From NCBI RefSeq assembly GCF_009914755.1, contig NC_060938.1: DNA of 64,000 bases; one strand, written 5' to 3'. The translations under genes were made by a program, and so were the position numbers. Of the stretch, positions 14,129 through 27,868 are shown one piece after another (positions within the stretch are counted from its first letter, which is position 1; every line of letters starts with the position of its first letter). The notes beneath the pieces were generated by a model. It saw only the letters and a program-made list of their open reading frames with translations. It had not been told where the DNA came from and ran no database searches. The stretch is from the human T2T-CHM13v2.0 reference genome, Homo sapiens.

Positions 14129-16445
14129 TGAATTAGTCCATTCTCATGCTGTTATGAAGAAATACCCAAGACTGGGTAATTTATAAAGGAAAGAGGTTTA
14201 GTAGACTCACAGTTCTGTGTGGCTGGGGAGGCCTCAGGAAATGTATAATCTTGGTGGAAAGGGAAGCAAACACATCCTTCTTCACATGGTGGCAGGAGAG
14301 AGAAGTGCCAAGTGAATGGGGAAGCCCCTAAGAAAACCATCAGATCTTCTGAGAGCTCACTCACTCTCACAAGAACAGCATGGGGGAACCACCCCCATTC
14401 AATTATCTCCACATTGTCCTGGTCTTGACATGTGGGGATTATTACAATTCAAGGTGAGATTTGGGTAGGGACACAGATCCAAAACATATCATTTTGCCTC
14501 TGGCCCCTCCCAAATCTCATGTCATAACATTTCAAAACACAATTATGCCCTTCCAACAGTCTCCTAAACTTGTTAACTCATTTCAGCATTAACCCAAAAG
14601 TCCAAGTCCAAAGTCTCACCTGAGACAAGGTAAGTTCCTTCCATTTATGAGGCTGTAAAATCAAAAGCAAGTTAGTTCCTTACTGGATACAATGGGATTA
14701 CAGGTATTAGGTAAATACACTCATTCAAAATGGGAGATATTGGCCAAAACAAAGGGGCTACAGACCCCATGCAAGTCCAAAATCCAATAAAACACTCATT
14801 AAACCTTAAAGTTCCAAAATGATCACCTTTGACTCCATATCTCACACCCAGGGCACAATGCTGCAAGAGGTGGGCTCCCACAGCCTTGGGTAGCTCTGTC
14901 CTGGTGGCTTTGCAGGGTACAGCCCCCATTGTGGATGTTGTCATGGGCTGGCATTGAGTGTTTGTGGCTTTTCCAGGCACTTGGTGCAAGCTGTCAGTGG
15001 ATCTACCATTCTGGGGTCTGGAGGACAGTGGCCCTCTTTTCACAGTTCCACTAGGTAGTGCCTCAATGGGGACTTTGTGTGAGGGTTCCAACCCCACATT
15101 TCCTTTCCACACTGCCCTAGCAGAGGTTCTCCATGAGGGCTCTTCCTCTGCAGCAAAGTTCTGCCTGGACATGCAAGTGTTTTCATACATCCTCTGAAAT
15201 CTAGGCAGAGGTTCCCAAACATCAAATCGTGACTTCTGTGCACCCACAGGCTCAACACCACAGGGAAGCTGCCAAGGCTTGGGGCTTGTATCCTCTGAAG
15301 CCACAGCTTGAGCTGTACCTTGGCCCCTTTTAGCCATGGCTGGAGCTGAATCAGCTGGCACACAGGGCACCATGTCCCCAGGCTGTATATAGCAAGGGGG
15401 CCCTGGGCCTGGCCCACAAAACCATTATTTTTTCTGCTAGGCCTCCAGGCCTGTGACAGGAAGGGCTGCCATGAAGGTCTCTGACATGCCCTGGAGACAT
15501 TTTCCCCATTGTCTTGATGATTAATATTCAGCTCCTGGTTACTTATGCAAGTTTCTGCAGCTTGCTTGAATTTCTCTTCAGAAAATGGGTTTTTCTTTTC
15601 TATCACATGGTCAGCCTGCAAATTTTTCAAACTTTTATTCTCTGCTTCCTCTTGAACACTTTACCACTATACCCTAAATCTTCTCTCTCAAGTTCAAAGT
15701 TCCACAGAACTCTAGGGCAGGGGCAAAATGCTGCCAGTATCTTTGCTAGAGCATAACAAAGGTGACCTTTACTCCAGTTGCCAACAAGTTCTTCATCTCC
15801 ATCTGAGACCATCTCAACCTGGACTTCACTGTCTATATCACTACCAGCATTTTGGTCAAAGCCATTCAACAAGTCTCTAGGAAGTTCCAAACTTTCCCAC
15901 ATCTTCCAGTCTCCTGAGCCCTCCAAGTCTCTAGGAAGTTCCAAAGTTTCCCACATTTTCCTGTCTTCTTCTGAGCCCTCCAAATGGTTCCAGCCTCTGC
16001 CTGTTACCCAGTTCCAAAGTCACTTCCACGTTTTTAGGTATCTTTACAGCAGCACATCACTCTCTGTAGTACCAATTTACTATATTAGTCCATTCTCATG
16101 TTGCTTTGAAGAAATACCCGAGACTGAGTAATTTATAAAGGAAAGAGGTTTAATTGACTCACAGTTCTGCATGGCTGCAGAGGCCTCAGGAAACACAATC
16201 ATGGTGGAAGGGGAAGCAAACATGTCCTTTTTTACATGGTGGCAGAAAGGAGAAATGCTGTGCAAAGGGGGAAGCCCTTTATAAAACCATCAGATCTGGT
16301 GAGAACTCACTCACTATCATGAGAACAGCATGGGGGAAACCGCCCCCCTGATTCAATTATCTCCACCTGGTTCCGCCTTTGACACGTGGGGATTACTACA
16401 ATTCAGGGTGAGATATGGGTGGGGGCACAGAGTCAAACCATATCA
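14129..16445 (-). mobile_element. Full-length THE1D MaLR provirus (LTR 16081-16445, internal 14492-16080, LTR 14129-14491)
   Basis: Two THE1D-like LTRs in direct orientation flanking THE1-int (minus strand begins gtaaattggtac); ORFs 14672-15983 are MaLR internal remnants. Confidence 0.93.
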
Positions 16446-17089
16446 AAGTTGAAGGAGGGAATAGAACTGCAGTATAGAACACACCAAGCTATTTTGACAA
16501 TGCTTTATAATTGGCCAATGGCCAAGGGCAAATATATATGCATTGAGCAACTTCTATATGCTACTATATGCAGTTTCATATAATCCATACCAATTCTTTG
16601 AAGTTGATATTGCTACTGTAGTTTTACACATGAAAACCAATAATCTTAAATAGCATGTCAAGCCTCATTCAGATTCTAAATCTGTCATTCCCCAAGGTTC
16701 ATGATGGCAAATTATGGCATAGATTGAGAGTCAATTTAATTTTGCAACTAATCTGATTACTTGAGCATTTTACTGCTCCTGAGACATAGGCAAACAGGGC
16801 TGGCCATGTTCCTGCAAAGATAATGAAACAAAAAATATGGCCAACAAGTCAAACTGACTGTCCCTCAAGAGTATTTAGAGAGCCTACTGCTTAGTCTTAC
16901 CTCAAGAGTATTCCGGATTCGGGTCTAGCCTGTGGGCTAACAATACTATTCTTGAATTGAGGGTGGAACGGGTGAATGGGGTTATTGGCTAGATTGGACT
17001 GGGAAGGAAAATAGAGCAAATGAACTAAGAGCTTCTTAGGAGGAAATTGGATTTGGATTTAGGCCAAAACTGATAGAGAGAAATGGCTA

Positions 17090-18088
17090 CATAGCTCTCA
17101 GGGCCCAGTACAAAATGAAAATATGAAACTCCTTGTTCAAATTGCAGGAAAAAAAATGCCACTAAAAGTAGAAATGCAAAGCTTTTTCCTTTTTTCTGTG
17201 GTCTATGTCTCATCTTATCATGGTGTTTTTTAAGTTGCCACTTAATGTTGTTCTAAGTAAAAAATAAAAATTAAAATGTTAAATTATTAGCATGAATTTT
17301 ACCATTCATCTTTATATTGTGTAATGCCAGTTTTAAATGGAAATATGAGAGCTTTCAATTCATATAGAGAATCACTGAAATTATACAAATCATATGTTCA
17401 TATGTATTTTGTTCTTGCCAGAACAGTGAAAATGCTGCACAGAACTAGCTCAACTGTTTTTATTTCACTTCTTGCTTTGCTCACATTCTACCAATACTTC
17501 CTACTTTGCACTACTGATGAGTAAGAGAGCAGAAAAGAAAAGGCACTATTTTATAAGGCAATAATTATCTTTCCTTCTAAATCATTATTTTTTAGTGTAA
17601 GTTATTAGCTAATATAGGGAAGAAACATGAGTAAAAAAGGATATAAGTTTCCCCGGTGCATTTATGTTTTTTAAAACACCACTGTCTTCTTTCTGTGTTC
17701 AAAGCAAGTTCTCTCTGACAGAGATTATGGCTATCAGCACCCCTTTTTACTCAGTTATAGATGTATTGCCCTGACCTTGTGCTTACTTTGAGTCTCACTG
17801 AACTCTCATGCATTATGGATCTACTGAAATTTTATACTCACGGGACACCAAGAATGCTACATGCTAATGGGGATGGAAAGGATTGGTAGTGCGCATGGAT
17901 ATTCTGTGTTATCTTTTGCTCCTGCATGTGCACCATTAGTTCATGGAACTTCACTCACCCATGTTCAAAGATAAAATCATTAAGAATGTCAAGACAGCAA
18001 CAATAGAGCATTAAACTGAGCACAGGGCCCTTCTGAGCACAGGACCACGTAGGACTGTGCAGGTTGTGCCCTCATAAAGCTGGCCTTC
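17090..18088 (-). mobile_element. MER45B-like hAT-Tip100 DNA transposon
   Basis: End gagcattaaactgagcacagggcccttctgagcac...ataaagctggcc is the reverse complement of the MER45 terminus; ~1 kb length fits MER45B. Confidence 0.75.
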
Positions 18089-18114
18089 CCCATGGAAAGA
18101 CATAGAAAGGAAGC

Positions 18115-19014
<900 letters not shown>

Positions 19015-19034
19015 CCACAGGGCTTTTTCTAGTG

Positions 19035-19250
19035 TTCTTTCTTTGTAACTCCTTTCCTCATTAGTGAGGAACCTGGTTCCCATTCACCCTTACATAGTCA
19101 ATCTTTTGATCAATCCCTCTGTGTGTAATGCCCTGCTTACCTTGCTCAGTATGTGACATTTTGCTATGTTCCAGATCCTGCACCTGGACACCCTCCTCAC
19201 CCCACTCAGGCTCTGATGCCCATGATGATCGCTCTCCCCCACCTTCCCCT
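19035..19250 (-). mobile_element. L1MC4/5-like 3' fragment
   Basis: cattagtgaggaacctggttcccatt...ttgatcaatccc. Confidence 0.5.
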
Positions 19251-19649
19251 TTCTTATTTCCAAGGGCTCTAATGCATAGCTTTGGGCCATCGTGGCTTCC
19301 CTCATTACTATCCCAGATGGTCCAACTGAACGGCTTTCATATTAAATTTTCCAGAAAAGGAGGAAACAAAGAAGAACTTTAATTTTCTTAATTTTTAATG
19401 CTCTCTAGTTCACTTCTGTCCTCAGGAGCATTAGTATCCATTCATACAGGCATTTAATTTGAATACCTTTATATAGTCTTGCTATTTACTGTAACATTGC
19501 ACATAACTAGCAAAGTGCCCAACGTATGATAGGCATTGAAAAATAGTATTAATTCAATTAATGTTGCCATGGCCTGTTAACTAGCCCTGGAGTTTCATGT
19601 TAACCTCTGCTTCATGTTGAAGTTTCTAAACTGTATGATTTATACTTGG

Positions 19650-19902
19650 ATAATAATCATAGCAAATATATAGTTTGCTATGTGCTTCGGATTCTCCTAA
19701 ATGCTTTCCATAAATTAACTTATTTAATATGCACAAAGGCTTATGAGATATGTCATATTATTATCCCTATTTTATAAATAAATTTGTAAGGCACGAAGAG
19801 GCTCCATAAGTTGCCCAGTACCATATATAGCTAGCGATTGGTGGGGATGGGATTTGAACCCAGCCAATGTAGCCCAGGAGTCCATGTTCTTAACAACTGT
19901 GT
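19650..19902 (-). mobile_element. MIR SINE (near full length)
   Basis: attattatccctattttataaa...aagttgccca...gggatttgaacccag...tgttcttaacaactgtg. Confidence 0.85.
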
Positions 19903-20622
19903 GAGTAACTTTGGTTTTGATTTTCCCCTTCAGCCCAAATTTCTCACCTGGTAACACATTGTTATTAGCTTGGCTTGTTTATCTATTACTCTTTCTATTC
20001 ACACACTATCTTTTGAATATGATTTTTTTCGACATTAGTACTGATGCTGGACATTAATTTCATATGGTTCCAGGATTATGATCTCTCATCTGCATTCAGT
20101 ACTTAACCTCTGGTTTGGATAAAACTCAGGGTAGCTCTGGGTTTTCTGGGATGGCAGAATTCTTTGCAGTAACAGCCAGTACTTACCCTGTCAACCCAGA
20201 GGCTTTTCTGCCCTCTAGAGGCCACTGCAGGAAGTGGGATATGTGTGTGGATATCCTCTTTAGGGCCATATTGAGTGGGGCTTACTAACCCTTCCTTCTA
20301 ATGAGCTTTATAACCAAAAGGGAATACATTTCAACTGTTATTTTAACCAGAGTATCAGATCATCAAATCTTAGTGACACCATATTCTTTACTCCTTTATC
20401 TTTCTTAAAATCTACTTACCATTACTTAGGGCTTCAAGATTGGTTGCAACTCTTTCTCAAGTATTTTTTCATCTAAAATAATTAGATATTCTTAACTCTA
20501 GTGTTCTTTTCTTCAGGGTCATACATGATTCCTTCCACAGTAGCTGGCTGCATAGTTACATCTGGGAGTGTTCCCCTATGTTTATTTTAAAGTTATTTTG
20601 ATGAGTTTAACTGGGAATCCCC

Positions 20623-21300
20623 CCGTTTCTTCATAAGACACTGTCTCTCAGCTCATTTTCCCTGGGCAATGTGTACACTTCAGTTTCTCCATAAGACACT
20701 GTTTCTCAGCTCATTTTCCTGGGGTGAAATCAGGGACCCCACATGCTACACATAGCTCATTAGAGCTACAATCTCTTTAGCCCCAAACCTATTGTTTTTA
20801 ATGTGTATATTTTCCTTTCGACTGGAGTCAAAACTCCAGTCATTATTTGGAATTAGGAATGAATGAAACTCTGATTCCTCTCAGACTTTCATTGTCATGC
20901 CTCAGACTTATGAGTTCTTAGGAGTTTGTCCTAAGTCTTCTCTGGAAGTGTCAATTGACTTCCATGTAGGATTGAGTACCAAATACACAATTGGAAGTAG
21001 GTCAGAAATCTCATTGCTACATACCAGATTTATGGGCTGGCACAAAACAAACCATTTAATTCTTCAAAACTTGGTTTTCTTTAACAACTACTATGTTTTT
21101 CTACCAAGGCTATTAGCAGTTTTTAGAATTCTTATTATTCTGAGTACCTTCTTCAATACATGAGCACATGCTGGGGGAGATACTTCTCTTTACCCTATGC
21201 CTGGTCAGGGTGTACCATGTGGGGTCCTTAATCACAGGCTATGGAACACATCGCCCAGGGAAAATGAGCTGGCAGACAATGTCTTATGGAGAAAGTGAAT
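20623..21300. mobile_element. Putative non-autonomous DNA transposon (MITE-like) with ~90-bp imperfect terminal inverted repeats
   Basis: 21210-21299 is the reverse complement of 20625-20750 (tttctccataagaca.tgtct..cagctcattttccctggg...ggaccccacatg.tacac); left arm partly duplicated with a 58-bp period. Confidence 0.65.
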
Positions 21301-22724
21301 TAAAATCAAGAGAGACCATCAGACCGATTTGTCAGCCTGAGAAGGGTAGGCAGAGTGGGAGAAGGCAGATCACAGCTGAGTTGGGAGTGAGAAGGTTCAG
21401 AGCAGAGGGTGGGAGTGATTGTCTGAGCCAGTGGGGATTTTTGTCAGGAGCTAACGGGCCCCTCAGATAAAGACAGGATGGCTGCTGTTAGAGCTGCTGA
21501 CCCCGTCTGGGCACATGTCACTTCTGTGGTGATGTCCTCGCTTTCCTTTCTGTGGTCGCATTGCTCTACTCTTCAGTCTCATGAGTGATTTCCCTCCATT
21601 TTCTCATCGTGGTGGCATGTAGTACGAGCACTTGAAACAAACTTTTGTATTTTTCTTCTTCTTTAAAAGAGTACTTGCTGTGTAATCCCTAACAGCTTCT
21701 TTGAGAACTCCAACCACCTGTACTCCCCACAGGATGCAGCTCATAAAGGTTCACCCTCTGGCTCCCTTGCTTCATCCACCGCCTTCATCCTGAATCACTT
21801 GCCCTGACCCATTTCCCACTCACACCCATCTTCTGACATTGTTTGTTTCCAATTTTTCATTTCCCGTCTGATCGTTCCCCTCAGGTCTCAGTACTACTTT
21901 TGCAGCTACAAACTTTGCTTCTCTTCTTGACTATGTTTTTGTTTTCCTCCAGCATCACTGCCTCCAGCAGTAAACAGTCTACCTGGTTGGTTCATCCCCA
22001 GAGACTGTCCACTAGCACAGCTTTTGTGGTCCCGTGCTCTTAAACTCTCTCGAGCTCTCCAAGTGGGTCTCAGCAACCTCTGTTCTATGGAGAAACTTCT
22101 CATTCTCTCACATTAGTAGGAGTATAGAAAAGGGACTCTTCAGATAGAGGCATCAGCGATAGGATTTACCACTCTCATGTTGTTCGCCTCTGGCAAGATG
22201 ACAAACATAGCACACCTTCTGCAGCATACTAGAATTGACTCCTTGGACTTCTATATCTTCAGATTGTCAAATGGAATTATTGTTCTTTATGGCCTTTCCT
22301 GCTGGCTCCCTTACTGTACTTGCAGAAAACTGGCTGTGTAGTAGAATTTCCCTATATCCCTACTCTCATGAAAAGTTAGCTTTAAAAAATTCTTTTTCAT
22401 AATGTCACTCCGTTCCTTTTTCTATTATGCAGGGGCAATTTAGGGGGACACATTTCAGAAAGTCACCACAATTATCTTTAGCCTGCTGTTGCATTTCAGC
22501 AGGCCTTACATTGTCTTTCTTCAGCAGACAATGAAAAGAACCTGAATAATCTTGGAAAAGTATAGATAATTCACAGTCTTTAGTTTCCCTTTAACTTTAG
22601 GAATTTTTTCCAACTCATTTCCTGCCTTAATGGTTAATAAGAAACCAAAAAGAATTACTTGAATTTTATTTTACTTCCTTTCTCATTCATAATAGTCGAT
22701 AGCAAGAGAGAGAAGATGAATATG

Positions 22725-23980
22725 TGAATTTATCCAAGAAAATTTATTAGGTATCTCCTACATACTAGGCACAGTGCTAAGTAATGGCTTCATAGAGATG
22801 GAAGAACAGTATCTATTTTCCAGGAGTTCATGGCCTAGTCGGGGAAGGGAACTTACACACATTGTAATTTAACATACATACTGAGAGAAGACTATTTTAA
22901 GTGCATCAAGGATAGATAAGGAACACTTAAAAACTTCTTGGGAGAGAAGAAAGGTAGAGAACGCTTCCAAGAGAGGTGATGATGCCTGAGCTAAGTGATT
23001 TAAGAATTAGAAGAGATTTACCAAATATAAATTGACAAAATTGATGGGAGCATGGAGGCAAGAGAAATGGAAGACTGCGCTGGGTTTGCTGGAAATTTGG
23101 CATGGCTGAAGCATAGGGAATGTGAAGATGCTGAAAAGGAGTGAGGATGGGAAGGAAAGCTGAGGCTCAATTGTGGAGGGTCTCACATATCTTCCTAAGG
23201 AATCTGAACTGTAGCAGAATGTGCTGGAAAGCCACTGAGGGCATTTCAGCAGGAGAAGGCCATTATGATGTTCATGCATTTGAAGATAATTTTTGCTCCA
23301 ATTTGGCTGATGGTTTAGAACAGGGCAAAAGTATAGGTAGGAAGATGATGACTACATTAATTTTGGGAAGAGTTATGAAGTCCAAACTAAGGCAGCAGCA
23401 AAGGAAGTTGGAAGAAAAGATATTCGGGAGATTAAGGCAATAAATTGACAGGTCTTGGCTTCATTCTGCCTGTGTGAGGTTAATAGAAATTGAGAAATAT
23501 AGAATAATTCCCAGTTTTATATTTTCCTGCTTAAGTAACTGGATGGATTTCATAATAATGAAGGAATCGTAATTTTTAAAAGTAGCTGACATTTATTGAG
23601 TACTTTCTATGTGCTAAGGTATAGTATTACATATATTATTAGCTATATTAGGTATATTATCTCACTTCACTATAGCAGTATCTACTATTAAGTGCATTTT
23701 ACCAATAGGATAATGGAGGAATGGAAAAGACAAACATTTTCCCCAGGATTGAGCAATAAGTGGCCAAAGTGGGATTTGGATGCTGGTGTGTGAACCTCCA
23801 GAACTTTGATATTGAAACACTATTCTCTTCTGTCCACAGGAGTTGGATTTGATTTGGGGCAAAGATGGTGAATTCTGTTGTGGGCATTCAGTGGATTTCC
23901 AGGAGGCACTTGTGAGATGGGTTTGAAGGTCTAGTGAGTAATCTGATTGAGAGACAGATATCTAGAAAATGAGACAAATA
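22725..23980 (-). mobile_element. L2 LINE fragment interrupted by a MIR (~23575-23830)
   Basis: atttattaggtatctcctacatactaggcacagtgctaag (L2 3' end, antisense) with continuing purine-rich L2 body; MIR core atttattgagtactttctatgtgc. Confidence 0.8.
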
Positions 23981-26616
23981 GACAACCAGGACTCCAATGA
24001 AGTATCCAAAATGTGACCTGACTTGCTCCTGAGTTAGTTCCTTGGCTTTGGTTACTCCACTAAAGAAGGAGGACATGCTCATCTTCAGAAGGACCAGGCT
24101 GAACTACCACAGCCCTTAGCCTAAACCTATCTCTCCACCTGCTTCAGTGACAGGAGTGGGTTAAATTTGTTCTACACTTTCCTTTCCTTATGATAATTCT
24201 TATCATGAGAACACATTAATCTTGTGGCATTTTCTGTTTTCATTACAATCTTTGTCACACAAGTAGAGCATCAGAATGTTAATGCCTCATATCTTCAGTG
24301 AAGAATAGTAGAATTCTCCACTGCTTTGACCTTTCCAACGTTCTGCATTTCGATTGGGTCTGGAAGTTGATGATTAATGATAATTACAATAATTACACCA
24401 AGGGACTCAAAACATAAATTACCAAATGTTCAAAGGAAGCCACTTGAAACCTTTAATAGAATCTTGAACAATCTCTGTCCAAATGTTCCCACTTCCTCCT
24501 CCAGCACCTCCATCAGACATCCCTCAGTGAGTAGGTTGGGAGAGATTTAGCCTAGGTTGCAGCCAGAAAAATAAAAGAGCTGTGATTTGTGAGCCATGCT
24601 TTAGTTATATGAAGGGGGAAAAAAGAAATCAATTTTTAAATCAATAGAATGGTCCTTCACCCAAACAGCTTTGCTTAACAAAGAGTGAGCATTCCATAAA
24701 ACAAGACTTCGCTTTTGATTCAGATCATTAACTACAATTCCCATTAGGCGGGAGGTGCCACAGGGAAAGGGGATATTTACTTGTCTCCTCTGCTCTGGTT
24801 TCTTGGCTTTAATTTTAGGGAGGTGTAGCTTTCCAGTATGAAAGTGTTAGCGTTCTATGCCACCTTTGCACCTTGACTCGCAGAGGACTCCCGAACTGAA
24901 CACTGAAGTCAGCTCAAGCATATTCTGTGTGAGTCTTTGCAAGGAGCAAGATGCAGATTCCTTGAGGGTTTTATTTATTTCCTTTTTTTTAAAAAAAAAG
25001 AAGTAGTAAGAGACACTGAATGAAGCTTTCATTTTGAGACCCCTGGTTATTTTCTTCTTGCTGCAGTAAATTCTACATTATGTTGAGACAATAGTGCACC
25101 ATATAGGGTATTTCAATCTCTATCAAAAAGGTTGCTATGTTGCCAGGTTTCCAAAGGGAAGAATTAATGATGACAAGATGTCCGACAGTGGGTCACTACA
25201 GAGCATATTTTTATATGATTGTGGAATAGAAAGGTTCACCTCTTGCTGCAATTTTACCACACTTACACATAGGCATCGTATCTACTTTTGATTGCATCAG
25301 TTCATGTTATGGTATCAGCTAATTCTAATTAGCGTTATCCAGACTCTAACATCTGGAAGCTATGCACTGAGAGTGTCATGAGGAGGTAGAAGAATGCCTA
25401 GGGGAAGTCATGGAAAGTCCCGATGGTGTCATTCCCTAGACGTATATAGGACACCGTGAGTTTTCACTGAGGCCGGGGTTGACAGAAACTGAGTACTACA
25501 AGTGATAGCCTTTCAACATGCAAAATGCAGATTTCTGGAGTTTTATTTTTAGTAAAAAGTACTAAGAGGTATACAGTCCAGGACAGGGTCTTTTGGCAAG
25601 TAGACAGGGGGCTCTCCCTCTTGCTTTTGTTCCGGGATCTGCAGGAGCCTGGTAGCACTATCAGTGTTCTCAGAGGCACACCTCTATGGTGGCTCTCAAG
25701 TCCAGGTAGGCTGACCCCTAGTTCAACAGCCTCTAATGATTGTGGTGCTTTGGAATGTGTTTTCTTTTCCTGGAAGATCCCACTGGATCTAGGAGGTCAC
25801 TAATGATCTTGGAGTACACATACTAGAGAGTTTCAAGTAGTACTTAAGTTTTAAGAGTATTTTATATTTGTGAATAACTTGGTACTGAGTACGTGTACAT
25901 GTGATGTGTGTGTTGCATTCATGCATATTTCTACTCATCTTAAAATTTCCCCCTTTGAGGGAAGCCATACTTTTTTTCAGTCCTATATTACACCCCAGAG
26001 GATAGAGGTTTGAGATACGTGGTTTAGTCCATGATGGCAACTGGAGAATAACCATTTGAGGTAAGTTTCATCGTCATTGTTACCATCATTGTTACAAAGC
26101 AAAGGCTTTGGTAGCCGAAACAGAATGTCAGAAGAGTAAACTTGAACGCAGCCTGACAGCCTAATCAGTTAGTGAATTAATCCAGAACCATTTGTTACGT
26201 TACTTTCTTCAAATGGAGTTATGCTTTTTTTTCTTCTTTTGAGTATCTTATTCTGCAGAGATGTTCAGAGGCTATAAACATGAACTCAAGAGAATCTAAA
26301 CTGTGACAGTTGATCTTGTAACCTGGGCAGTTTCTACTGCATTAAATTGCATCCTGATTATTTGGAAAGCACAATGCTTTTGATCAGCTATTGAGGTCAT
26401 GCTTGTGGGGTCAAGTATCTCATTACACTTGTATTTTCTTCCAAATGGATTTGTACCTTTATTTTATTCTGCTGCTTGTTTTTCTGGGCTACTATTGCAG
26501 CTTATTATTGCAGTCTTAAAAAATAAAGTATTCTCACTCCCATAAGTTAAAAAAAATCATTAAAAAAGGTGGTTCCAATAAAAAAGTTAATAGACTTTAT
26601 TTCCCTTTTATGTGAA

Positions 26617-26657
26617 CGTGTGTATGTGTGTGTGTGTGTGTGTATGTGTGTATATGT
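26617..26657. repeat. (TG)n imperfect microsatellite
   Basis: gtgtgtatgtgtgtgtgtgtgtgtgtatgtgtgtatatgtg. Confidence 0.9.
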
Positions 26658-27331
26658 GAAGAAAGTTAATACATATATATATCTAAAAAGCTCATAGTGA
26701 TTGAAGGCAGGTCTTTATGTTGTCTTAGCAAAGTGAAGAGAATGAGGGTTCAGGTTTCACAAGAAAGAAAAGTGTCAACACCAAGAAGAAAATATGGCAA
26801 TATTAAGCAATATGCAAAGAGTCAATGCAAATGTTAAAAGTCAGTTGCTGTTTGGGGGTTGCCAAATGAGTTTGAAAACCTACCTAACTTATAAGGTTCT
26901 GTAAGTGCCTCAGTTAGCCTTGATTTTTATAAATAGTCACAGTTGTTCTAAGCCCTGTCTCCTGTTAGTAATATTGGTCAATTCATATGTGTCCAGTGGG
27001 AAGTACATTAATTTAGATTCCCTAAACATTCGCTGGTCTCTAGATGGAGTAGGACCAATATTAAAATCATTAAGCCATTCATTCCACAAACATATATAGA
27101 GCATGTTGAGGCCTGATGCTGGATGTCAGAAGATTCCCTCAGCAAACTTAAGGTGCTCTGTTAGAGGAAATAAACATTGTGACAAAGAATAAAAAGCCCC
27201 CAGTGGAGTGGGGCCTAGAGAATGCATGCTTTTTTTCCTTTGTGATCATTATTGTGCCCAAGACTTTGGTCTGCTATGGAGTCTAGATTCTTACTTGTGA
27301 CTGGCCGTTTTTGGGTTTGTCTTTCTTTTGA

Positions 27332-27868
<537 letters not shown>

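Noticed and set aside
14672-15983. 233-, 196- and 118-aa ORFs
   Set aside because: Frameshifted remnants of the THE1/MaLR internal region, not a host gene
15870-15985. ~54-bp tandem duplication inside THE1-int
   Set aside because: As I recall, this is a common feature of THE1D internal sequences rather than locus-specific
20180-22100. Isolated splice-like signals (minus GTAAGT donors near 20181 and 20414; plus acceptors near 21884 and 21952)
   Set aside because: Cannot be assembled into a supported exon structure from sequence alone
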